This document shows, piece by piece, positions 50,753 through 58,253 of a DNA stretch of 64,000 nt. Below the pieces are notes generated by a model. The model saw nothing but the letters and a program-made list of their open reading frames with translations. It searched no databases and was not told the origin of the DNA. Location: assembly GCA_001189075.1 (NCBI GenBank), contig LFCN01000006.1, forward strand, positions 321,746-385,745, written 5' to 3'. Source of the DNA: Parcubacteria bacterium C7867-004 (GTDB taxonomy: Bacteria; Patescibacteriota; Minisyncoccia; Phycocordibacterales; Phycocordibacteraceae). The position numbers were made by a program, and so were the translations under genes. Position 1 is the stretch's first letter; each line of letters starts with the position of its first letter.

Positions 50753-50813
50753 ATAGGATACTACAGGAGAGTGATTTTCTCGTCAAGGGATTTTAGGGAG
50801 GAAATGAGGAGGG

Positions 50814-50822
50814 TGTGGATAA
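50814..50822 (-). promoter_or_regulatory. perfect DnaA box
   Basis: TTATCCACA on the minus strand, intergenic. Confidence 0.45.
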
Positions 50823-50944
50823 CGTGTCGTTCATACTGGGACACTTCAGTTTTATGATTCGTGTGTTATAGTGTAGTGGGGACCGACGCTAACGCATCGG
50901 TAGCCTAATTGTTGAAACTCGCGACCTCAAAGGGGTTTTATTGG

Positions 50945-51682
50945 ATGATACGAACAAGATTGGTGGGCTGCTTCGGCGCGGCCATGGTTCTCGCGCTTGC
51001 GGCGAATGCCCGGGCGGCGACGAACCTCATCGTGAACGGGGGCTTCGAAGCTCCGCTCGCGGGCAACGGCGCCTACTATCAGGCGTTCGGCGGCCAGGAC
51101 ATAGGTGGCTGGACGGTTACTGGGCGGGACATCCTCCTGCTCGACCGCAACTACACGGAGACCGGCCTGGTCTTCAATTCAGCTGCGGGCGATCAGGCGG
51201 CTGACATTACCGGCGCCGGCAACACCAGCGAAGAGGACGGGCTCGAGCAGACGGTGCTCGTCGACCCCGGTCAGCTGTATAGGCTGTCCTTCGACGTCGG
51301 GAACGCGGCGCCGTTCGGCGTGAATTCGTGGGCCTACACGCTCCCGAGCACGGTCCGACTCACCTTCGATGATGGCGATCCTGGGCCGGTGGTGTTCCTC
51401 ACCACCGGCCCGCTCGAGTTCACCAATGCCATCGACAACCCGTCGGGCAGTCCGGGGATCAACTTCCAGAGGTTCTCGGTCGACTATCTCGGCACGAGCA
51501 CCGGTCAGGTGAAGATCCGGTTCTTCAACGGCGTGGGCAACGACAACTACGTCGGCCTCGACAACGTCGTGTTCGAGAAGGTCGCTGCGGCGGTGCCGGA
51601 ACCCTCGTCGTGGGCGCTGATGATCATCGGCTTCGGCGGAATGGGCGCCATGATTCGGCGTCGCCGACTGCAAGCGGCCTAG
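50945..51682 (+). CDS. PEPxxWA-CTERM sorting-domain protein with DUF642/carbohydrate-binding-like domain
   Basis: Signal peptide ARA-A, NLIVNGGFEAP, GLDNV, C-terminal VPEPSSWALMIIGFGGMGAMIRRRR. Confidence 0.9.
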   Translation: MIRTRLVGCFGAAMVLALAANARAATNLIVNGGFEAPLAGNGAYYQAFGGQDIGGWTVTGRDILLLDRNYTETGLVFNSAAGDQAADITGAGNTSEEDGLEQTVLVDPGQLYRLSFDVGNAAPFGVNSWAYTLPSTVRLTFDDGDPGPVVFLTTGPLEFTNAIDNPSGSPGINFQRFSVDYLGTSTGQVKIRFFNGVGNDNYVGLDNVVFEKVAAAVPEPSSWALMIIGFGGMGAMIRRRRLQAA

Positions 51683-51740
51683 CGCCACCAACCAGTTCGA
51701 CTCGTTCGGACTACAAGCCTCGACGGCAACGTCGGGGTTT

Positions 51741-52274
51741 TTATTTTTGTATGAAATGCCGGCGTGCTTCTTCCGCGCCTTTAACAAGGAGCTCGAGAGA
51801 CTCGTGCAGGGAAGCTATGTACTCATCTCCGTGCCCAGCAAGGTTAGTGCGAAGTTCATGGTCGCTGACCCAGCGCAGACCCGTTACTTCATTTTCTGGG
51901 TAGGTAAACCCGCTTAGGTCTTTGTCGACAACGGCGAAGTACCACTGCACGAAATAGTATCCGGTACCAGGTTTTCGCAGCACTTTGGGTCCTGAGAGAA
52001 GTTCTTGCACGGAGAGGGTAATACCAATCTCCTCCTGGGTCTCTTTGATGATGTTTATCTCGTAGGTCTCACCTTCCTCAACGGTCCCGGCAACCGCAGG
52101 ACCCCATTTCCCTGGACTGTGTCGTTTGGTAAGCGCACGCTGCGCCAATAGGTATTCGCCTTTTGAGTTAGTTATCCAGAGCGCAGAAACGCGGGATATA
52201 TCGCCCTTGGTCAAGTCGTCGCGCTCCTTCAGACCGATAACGGTATCGTCACGGTCAACGACGGGGATTTTCAT
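51741..52274 (-). CDS. NUDIX hydrolase (IDI-like)
   Basis: VVDRDD.VIG..R, LLAQRA..K...PGKW, AGTVEEGETY....IKETQEEIG. Confidence 0.85.
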   Translation of the reverse strand: MKIPVVDRDDTVIGLKERDDLTKGDISRVSALWITNSKGEYLLAQRALTKRHSPGKWGPAVAGTVEEGETYEINIIKETQEEIGITLSVQELLSGPKVLRKPGTGYYFVQWYFAVVDKDLSGFTYPENEVTGLRWVSDHELRTNLAGHGDEYIASLHESLELLVKGAEEARRHFIQK

Positions 52275-52354
52275 AGAGGAAATTTAGCATATCGATAGTA
52301 AATCAATCGAAGCATCTAATCAAAAAGCCGCTTTGTAGCGGCTTTTTGATTTTG

Positions 52355-52425
52355 CGGGCCCACTAGGAATCGAACCTAGGACGTCGGGTTTGGAATCCGA
52401 AGTTATACCATTTAACTACAGGCCC
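52355..52425 (-). tRNA. tRNA-Trp(CCA)
   Basis: GGGCCTGTAGTTAAATGGTATAAC-TCGGA-TTCCAAA-CCCGA..GTTCGATTC. Confidence 0.93.
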
Positions 52426-52532
52426 GTATGTTTGAGATCTGCGTACCTTTCACGCACGCTATGCTCACGATACCAGAATCCTAACCAGGGGAAAAGAAGC
52501 GAGCTACCTGCGCTCCGCGCTACAATACACTT

Positions 52533-53564
52533 ATGTATCGGCTTTGGGTCACCGCAGTCTTTGCGTGCGTAATCGCATTGTCCGTACCTGCATACGTATC
52601 TGCCGCTGATCTTCCGCTTCTTACACCCGGTTGGCACATCGTTCCGGATGCGCATGACCTTGATTCGAGTTGCCCGGTAGGTGCACCGCTCGGGTTTGGC
52701 GGCGTACTCCAACTCATCCAGAACCTGATGAATGCCGGTATCTCTATCGGCATCGTCATATCCATCCTGGTTATCGTCTTCTCTGGTTTGCTGTGGATGC
52801 TCACGCCGTTCAATCCCGAGAATCATTCGCAGGCGAAGAAAGTCCTTACGAATGCGGTCATAGGCCTGCTCATTATCCTTTCGGCGTGGCTCATCGTGGA
52901 TTTCGTGATGAAGGTCTTGTATTCGGGTACCGGAGCCGATTCGGGAAAGTTCGGACCATGGAATAAGATACTCGTCGGCGGGAACAAATGCGTAACGGCA
53001 AGCACTGACCTTAAGCCGCTTTTCAGCGGAGACCTATTTACGATCCCAAGCACTGGACCGGCTAACGTTCCTGTGGACGCGACTCAGATAGCAACCGCGC
53101 GAGTAGGTACGGGAGGATGTTCGCCCGAATATATCACCACCATGGCAGGAAAGTCAGGCTCGCCCATAACCCCCTCGAACGCCGCGACGCTTTCTTGCAT
53201 CGCGGTCCATGAGAGTACGTGCGGTACGAGGCTCCTCAATTACAACTGGGGAAAGGGATCAAGTGCGGCAGGACTTCTGCAGGTAACCATCGACAGCCAT
53301 TCTTCCTTCTTTGAGAACGCCACCTGCAGGGCTGCCGCTGGGGTAAGTCCGACGACGGTCCTTAACTGCACGGCAGGATTCAATAAGGGAAATGCGGTTC
53401 CCGGAAGCGCTATAGCAGAGCGCTGCACAAGAGCCGCGAAGGATCCGGCATGCAATGTCGCGCTGGCGCTGCAGGTTCTCAAGTCGGAGGGGTATGGAGC
53501 ATGGACCCATGACCCGAAAAGCAATAAGCAGGAGGCGTGCATCGCCCGCTTCGGGAATGGGTAG
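52533..53564 (+). CDS. pilin-like module fused to lytic transglycosylase/lysozyme-like domain
   Basis: Signal peptide, VirB2-like hairpin (NPENHSQAKKVLTNAVIGLLIILSAWLIV), then CIAVHES, AAGLLQV, NVALA..GYGAW. Confidence 0.75.
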   Translation: MYRLWVTAVFACVIALSVPAYVSAADLPLLTPGWHIVPDAHDLDSSCPVGAPLGFGGVLQLIQNLMNAGISIGIVISILVIVFSGLLWMLTPFNPENHSQAKKVLTNAVIGLLIILSAWLIVDFVMKVLYSGTGADSGKFGPWNKILVGGNKCVTASTDLKPLFSGDLFTIPSTGPANVPVDATQIATARVGTGGCSPEYITTMAGKSGSPITPSNAATLSCIAVHESTCGTRLLNYNWGKGSSAAGLLQVTIDSHSSFFENATCRAAAGVSPTTVLNCTAGFNKGNAVPGSAIAERCTRAAKDPACNVALALQVLKSEGYGAWTHDPKSNKQEACIARFGNG

Positions 53565-53583
53565 CCATGTATACTTATCTGCA

Positions 53584-54144
53584 ATGAAACGCTATCTCCT
53601 CATCGGTCTCGGGGTCCTCATCGTGATCTCTGTAGCGGTTACTGTTGCGTTCATAGTCCTATCGAAGAAAGAGACGCCTCCGCCTCCCCAAGCCCCTGCT
53701 TTGTTCCCTAGCGCTGGCGGAGTCAGCCAGATACGTCCTTCTGACATGGTCCTCTTGGTAGCATCAAAGGCTGGGGGAGATATCGCCGTCCGTGACTTCA
53801 TCAGCGACGATACAACCTTCAACGACCCGTCGAATCCGGATGTCTATTTCATCGCGAGGAGCAGCATCGAATGCTATCCGGACTGCGGTCCGGGAGCGAG
53901 CCAGAGCGCCTTCAACATTTCGTATTTCAAACCGACGAGATCATTCACGATAGCTATCCTCGAGGAACCGATCGGACAATCGAGAATCGATGCGGAGAAC
54001 TATCTTATGAACGTGCTTGGCATTACATCAACTCAGATGTGCGAACTGGATCAGTACACCAGCACTGACACGCAGACGAATCCGGCATTCGCTGGCATTC
54101 CTCTCGGATTTAGCTTCTGTCCAGGCGCGATTAAACTACCCTAA
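53584..54144 (+). CDS. single-pass membrane protein with Cys-containing extracytoplasmic domain
   Basis: N-terminal TM, Pro linker, FTIAILEEPI..SR..AE, C-terminal FSFCPG. Confidence 0.75.
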   Translation: MKRYLLIGLGVLIVISVAVTVAFIVLSKKETPPPPQAPALFPSAGGVSQIRPSDMVLLVASKAGGDIAVRDFISDDTTFNDPSNPDVYFIARSSIECYPDCGPGASQSAFNISYFKPTRSFTIAILEEPIGQSRIDAENYLMNVLGITSTQMCELDQYTSTDTQTNPAFAGIPLGFSFCPGAIKLP

Positions 54145-54146
54145 GC

Positions 54147-55079
54147 ATGCGTATCCTCTCTCTATTCGTTCCGGTGCTGAGCGCGATAGCATTCGTGCCA
54201 GCGACGGCGTTTGCGGCGAATGCTACGTTCTTCGGGCCGCTCGTTCCTGAGGCGTGCAGGTCTTGTCCGTGCGGGTTCGCGGGTGTCCTGCAGATCATCC
54301 AGAACTTCATGAACCTGGGAATCTCGCTCTCGATCATCATTGCGACGATCATCATCGCGGCAGGCGGGTTCATGTACATCCTGTCCTCAACCAATCCGGA
54401 GAGCCGCAGCAAGGCGAACAAGATGCTTATGAATGCGGTCATCGGTCTGCTTATCGTCCTTTCCGCGTGGCTCATCGTGGACTTCGTCATGAAGAGTCTG
54501 TATGGCGGGCAGTTCGGTCCTTGGAACTCTATCCTTCGAGGCGGAGACGAGTGCGTAGTCTCACGGCCGACCCAAAGGCTTTTCAGCGGGGATCTCTTCG
54601 TGCTGCCCGGCGGGATTACGGGCGGCGGCGTGGAGCAAGGTACGGGAAACGGAACCGGTCCGAACTGCCCGGTTCCAGCTGAATCAACTATGGTAGCGTT
54701 CCCGGCCGAGGCGGTTGCCGGCGGGTCCGGAAAAGCGACCCCTGACACCGTCGCAAATTTCATGGCGATGCGCGAGGCTGCAAAGAAGGATGGAATCGTT
54801 CTGAAAGTAAGCAGTGCCTATCGATCGGATGCAGCTCAAGTGTCGCTCTGGAATAGTCTCGGCAGAGACACGAGCAAGGTCGCGAAGCCCTGCTCGCTGG
54901 GCGGCGGCGGCTCCAATCACAACTCCGGCGCAGCGGTAGATATAGAGGTCGGATGCGGCAATCCGAGCAGCAATTGCAATACGGCCACCTATAAGTGGCT
55001 TAAGGCCAACGGTGGCAAGTGGAATTTCCGAAACGCTCTTCCTACCGATCCTCCGCATTGGTCGCCGAGCGGTACCTAG
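54147..55079 (+). CDS. pilin-like module fused to M15B (VanY-like) D-Ala-D-Ala carboxypeptidase/endopeptidase
   Basis: Same pilin-like N-terminus; SSAYRS..Q, SNHNSGAAVDI (SxHxxGxAxD), DPPHWS. Confidence 0.85.
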   Translation: MRILSLFVPVLSAIAFVPATAFAANATFFGPLVPEACRSCPCGFAGVLQIIQNFMNLGISLSIIIATIIIAAGGFMYILSSTNPESRSKANKMLMNAVIGLLIVLSAWLIVDFVMKSLYGGQFGPWNSILRGGDECVVSRPTQRLFSGDLFVLPGGITGGGVEQGTGNGTGPNCPVPAESTMVAFPAEAVAGGSGKATPDTVANFMAMREAAKKDGIVLKVSSAYRSDAAQVSLWNSLGRDTSKVAKPCSLGGGGSNHNSGAAVDIEVGCGNPSSNCNTATYKWLKANGGKWNFRNALPTDPPHWSPSGT

Positions 55080-55912
55080 TTCTGGCCGCCGTTCAGCTTA
55101 CGGATCCACGCCTTCTGGTGTCGTGCGTACTGCCAGAGCTTCGCATGGAGTGCCGGTAGAAGGGAATCCTGCGTCCGCTCTCCACGCAGGTATTCACCGA
55201 TAATCCGATACTCGAGTCCGAGTTCCTTAAGGCGTTCATCTCCATAGGCATCCCTCGTTCGTGCAACTTCTTCTATGAGACCGCGTGAGAGCGCTGAAAC
55301 GAGGCGTGTCATGATGCGCTCTCGCAAGATCTCGCGGTCATGATCGATGATGATCCATTCGACTGCGTGCCGTGGTGTGAGGGAATCACGCTCCGGAACG
55401 AGACCGTGCTCGTCGATGATCTCAAGAGCACGCACCAGGCGCCGCTTGTTATTAGGATCGATGCGCGAGGCGCGTCTCGGGTCGCGTTCGCTGATTTCGC
55501 GCATAAGGTCTTCGGTACTCCTCGCCTCGAGTGCCTTTCGTCTCGTCACGTCCTTTTTTGACTCTCCCGGGAGTCCGTACAAAAGCGCATCGAAATAGAA
55601 GTTCGTACCGCCGGCAAGTATCGGGTGCTTTCCTCGTGCACGGATATCCTCTATAAGCTGCTCCGCGTCATGGACGAAGTCTCCGGCGCTATAGACCTCG
55701 TCGGGCATGCGGATATCGATCAGGTGATGGGGAATGCCGTCCATCTCGGCCTCGGTAATTTTCTCTGTACCGATATCGAGCGTCTTGTATACCTGGCGCG
55801 AATCTACTGATATAACCTCGCCGCCATGCTCCTTAGCGAGCGCTATAGCCCGTGCAGACTTGCCGGACGCGGTTGGTCCAATGACGCAGATGAGGGGCGC
55901 GGGGTTCTTCAT
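55076..55912 (-). CDS. miaA: tRNA dimethylallyltransferase
   Basis: GPTASGKS, SVDSRQVY..LDIGTEK, PHHLID, GGTNFY, YARHQ. Confidence 0.95.
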   Translation of the reverse strand: MKNPAPLICVIGPTASGKSARAIALAKEHGGEVISVDSRQVYKTLDIGTEKITEAEMDGIPHHLIDIRMPDEVYSAGDFVHDAEQLIEDIRARGKHPILAGGTNFYFDALLYGLPGESKKDVTRRKALEARSTEDLMREISERDPRRASRIDPNNKRRLVRALEIIDEHGLVPERDSLTPRHAVEWIIIDHDREILRERIMTRLVSALSRGLIEEVARTRDAYGDERLKELGLEYRIIGEYLRGERTQDSLLPALHAKLWQYARHQKAWIRKLNGGQN

Positions 55913-55967
55913 GCCGGGTTCGTTCGCGGATGGTATCATGCCTCTATCCAAGCGTAACCTTTCATTT

Positions 55968-56630
55968 ATGGCTAAAGAACAGAAGAGCAATTATTGCGAG
56001 TACTGCGGCGACTTCCACGATCCGTTCCGGGAGTACAGTTCTAGTGTGCGCGTAGGCGAGACGGTCCCTGACTACGAGTTCGAAGCCTTCCACAAGGGAG
56101 ACGCGCACACGATGAAATTCTCCGACTTCCGGGGGAAATGGCTTGTGGTTATGTTCTACCCCGCGGACTTCACCTTCGTGTGTCCGACCGAGCTTGAGGA
56201 GATGGCCCTGCTCTATCCGAAGCTCCAGAAGATAAACGCGGAGGTTGTCTCGTTCTCAACTGACACGGTGTTTGTGCACAAGGCATGGCACGACACCTCC
56301 GAGGCCATCAAGAAGATCGCGTTCCCGATGGGCTCGGATCCTTCGGGCAAGATCGCGGACGCGTTCGGCGTGCTCATTGAAGGAGGCGATCTGCCGTTCG
56401 TTCCGGATGAGGGTCTCGCGCTTCGCGGCTCGTTCATCATCGACCCGTCAGGCACGCTCCGCTCCATGGAAGTGAATGACAACTCCATCGGCCGCTCGGC
56501 GAAAGAGACGTACCGCAAGCTGCAGGCGGCACAGTTCGTGGAATCGAATCCGGGACAGGTGTGTCCCGCTTCATGGGAACCGGGAGAGGATACGCTTGAG
56601 CCGGGCATGGGGCTCGTCGGAAAGATATAA
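55968..56630 (+). CDS. ahpC: 2-Cys peroxiredoxin (AhpC) with N-terminal CxxC extension
   Basis: FYPADFTFVCPTE, HKAW, RGSFIIDP, VCPASW. Confidence 0.93.
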   Translation: MAKEQKSNYCEYCGDFHDPFREYSSSVRVGETVPDYEFEAFHKGDAHTMKFSDFRGKWLVVMFYPADFTFVCPTELEEMALLYPKLQKINAEVVSFSTDTVFVHKAWHDTSEAIKKIAFPMGSDPSGKIADAFGVLIEGGDLPFVPDEGLALRGSFIIDPSGTLRSMEVNDNSIGRSAKETYRKLQAAQFVESNPGQVCPASWEPGEDTLEPGMGLVGKI

Positions 56631-56662
56631 CGAAAGGCGACCGAATGGTCGCCTTTTTATTG

Positions 56663-56744
56663 TGCCGGGGGAGGGACTCGAACCCTCGATCCGTTAGGAA
56701 GCGGGTTTTGAATCCGCCGCGTATACCAACTCCGCCACCCCGGC
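56663..56744 (-). tRNA. tRNA-Leu(CAA)
   Basis: Anticodon arm GCGGA-TTCAAAA-CCCGC, variable arm, GTTCGAGTC. Confidence 0.93.
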
Positions 56745-56811
56745 AATAGATTTCATCCTACTTCACAGCATGTTCTGCTGCAAAGCCAGCGCGCGATGAT
56801 ATAATCGTCGC

Positions 56812-57822
56812 ATGAACATGTTTGGGAACGAGATAAAGCCGGAAACATTCTCCGAGCCGACGAAGTACGACTCAGTGTACTGGGTCGAGGTAGACCGCAT
56901 CCAGCCGAATCCGTATCAGCCACGTCGCGAGTTCGACGAGGAACGACTCAAGGCGCTCGCTGAGTCTATTCGTCAGTACGGCGTGCTCCAGCCGATGGTA
57001 GTGACGCGCAAGGAAGTCGAGAAGCTGGGTGGCGGTCTCCAGGCAGTGTATGAGCTCATTGCGGGAGAACGCCGTCTGCGCGCCTCGAAGCTCATTGGTC
57101 TTAAGGAAGTGCCGGTGGTGATCCGGGCGGGTGAGCAGTCGGACAAGATGAAGCTCGAGCTCGCCATAATCGAAAACCTTCAGCGTGAGGATCTTAACTC
57201 GATCGATCGAGCGAAGGCGCTCGCGCAGCTGGCGGAGGATTTCGCTATCTCGCACGCCGAAATCGGCGCGAAAATTGGGCGCTCACGCGAGTACGTCTCG
57301 AACTCGATCCGTCTCCTTCAACTTCCGGAAGAGATTCAGAATGCGGTGGTTAACAAGGAGCTTTCAGAAGGACATGCTCGTGCGCTCCTGATGCTTAATC
57401 ACAAGACCGAGGAACGCGATACACTTTTCAAGGAGATCGTGCTCAAGAAGACCTCGGTACGCATGGTTGAGCAGATGGCGCGACGGCTCGCGCAGGACAA
57501 GATCCGCAAGCATGACAAGACTCCGGAGATCATGGCGCTTGAGAAGTCCCTCACGGAGACGCTCGGTACTCGTGTGCTCATCGAGAACCGTCCGCAGGGC
57601 GGCCGTCTCCTCATAGAATTCTTCTCGCCGGAAGACCTTTCGCATATCGCTGCCATTCTTGCGCTCCGTGATGAGAGCGATACCCCTGAAGCGCCGATGG
57701 ATAATCTCGATGAAGCATCCTCAATGCCGATCCATTCGAACACGACACAGCTCGAAGGAGCTCCTGCTCCTGCACAGGTTCCCGACGAAGATCTTTACTC
57801 CATCAAGAATTTCGCGGTTTGA
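56812..57822 (+). CDS. parB: ParB/Spo0J chromosome partition protein
   Basis: PNPYQPRREF, GVLQP, IAGERRLRA, ENLQREDL, HTH, GHARALL. Confidence 0.95.
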   Translation: MNMFGNEIKPETFSEPTKYDSVYWVEVDRIQPNPYQPRREFDEERLKALAESIRQYGVLQPMVVTRKEVEKLGGGLQAVYELIAGERRLRASKLIGLKEVPVVIRAGEQSDKMKLELAIIENLQREDLNSIDRAKALAQLAEDFAISHAEIGAKIGRSREYVSNSIRLLQLPEEIQNAVVNKELSEGHARALLMLNHKTEERDTLFKEIVLKKTSVRMVEQMARRLAQDKIRKHDKTPEIMALEKSLTETLGTRVLIENRPQGGRLLIEFFSPEDLSHIAAILALRDESDTPEAPMDNLDEASSMPIHSNTTQLEGAPAPAQVPDEDLYSIKNFAV

Positions 57823-57890
57823 CCTTTTGAACCGGTCGTATTTATATACTCGTGGATGGGCGGTTGCGCTCTCCGACTGGAGGTAGATTG

Positions 57891-58235
57891 ATGCATGGTC
57901 TGGTAGACCTCGACTTCTGCCTCTCAGAAGAGGCGAACCGACTGCAGCGCGTGCTCACCGGTTGTGCTCATGAGCGCGACAAAGATACTCGACCGGCTCC
58001 CCGGAATCTAAAGCCTGAGCGGGAAATGATCACGCGGTTCCGTGCTCTAATCACCCAAGGTTTGCTTGTCCAGCAAGCAAATTGCGATCATGTCCTAACC
58101 ACGCTCCGGATGCTCACTACGCTCAGCTTTGAGCCTAACGGAGAGGGAAGGGTCATCGAGCAGCTGACCTCGCTCTTCATCTTTGCTCAACTGTCCGCGA
58201 AAGCCCCACAGCTCGAAAAACCCCCTGATGCCTGA
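57891..58235 (+). CDS. hypothetical orphan protein
   Basis: TATACT promoter, GGAGG SD, 114 aa. Confidence 0.55.
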   Translation: MHGLVDLDFCLSEEANRLQRVLTGCAHERDKDTRPAPRNLKPEREMITRFRALITQGLLVQQANCDHVLTTLRMLTTLSFEPNGEGRVIEQLTSLFIFAQLSAKAPQLEKPPDA

Positions 58236-58253
58236 CGCGCAAGCGCCAGGTAT

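Noticed and set aside
50814-50822. Replication origin
   Set aside because: Only one perfect DnaA box, with no cluster and no dnaA/dnaN nearby
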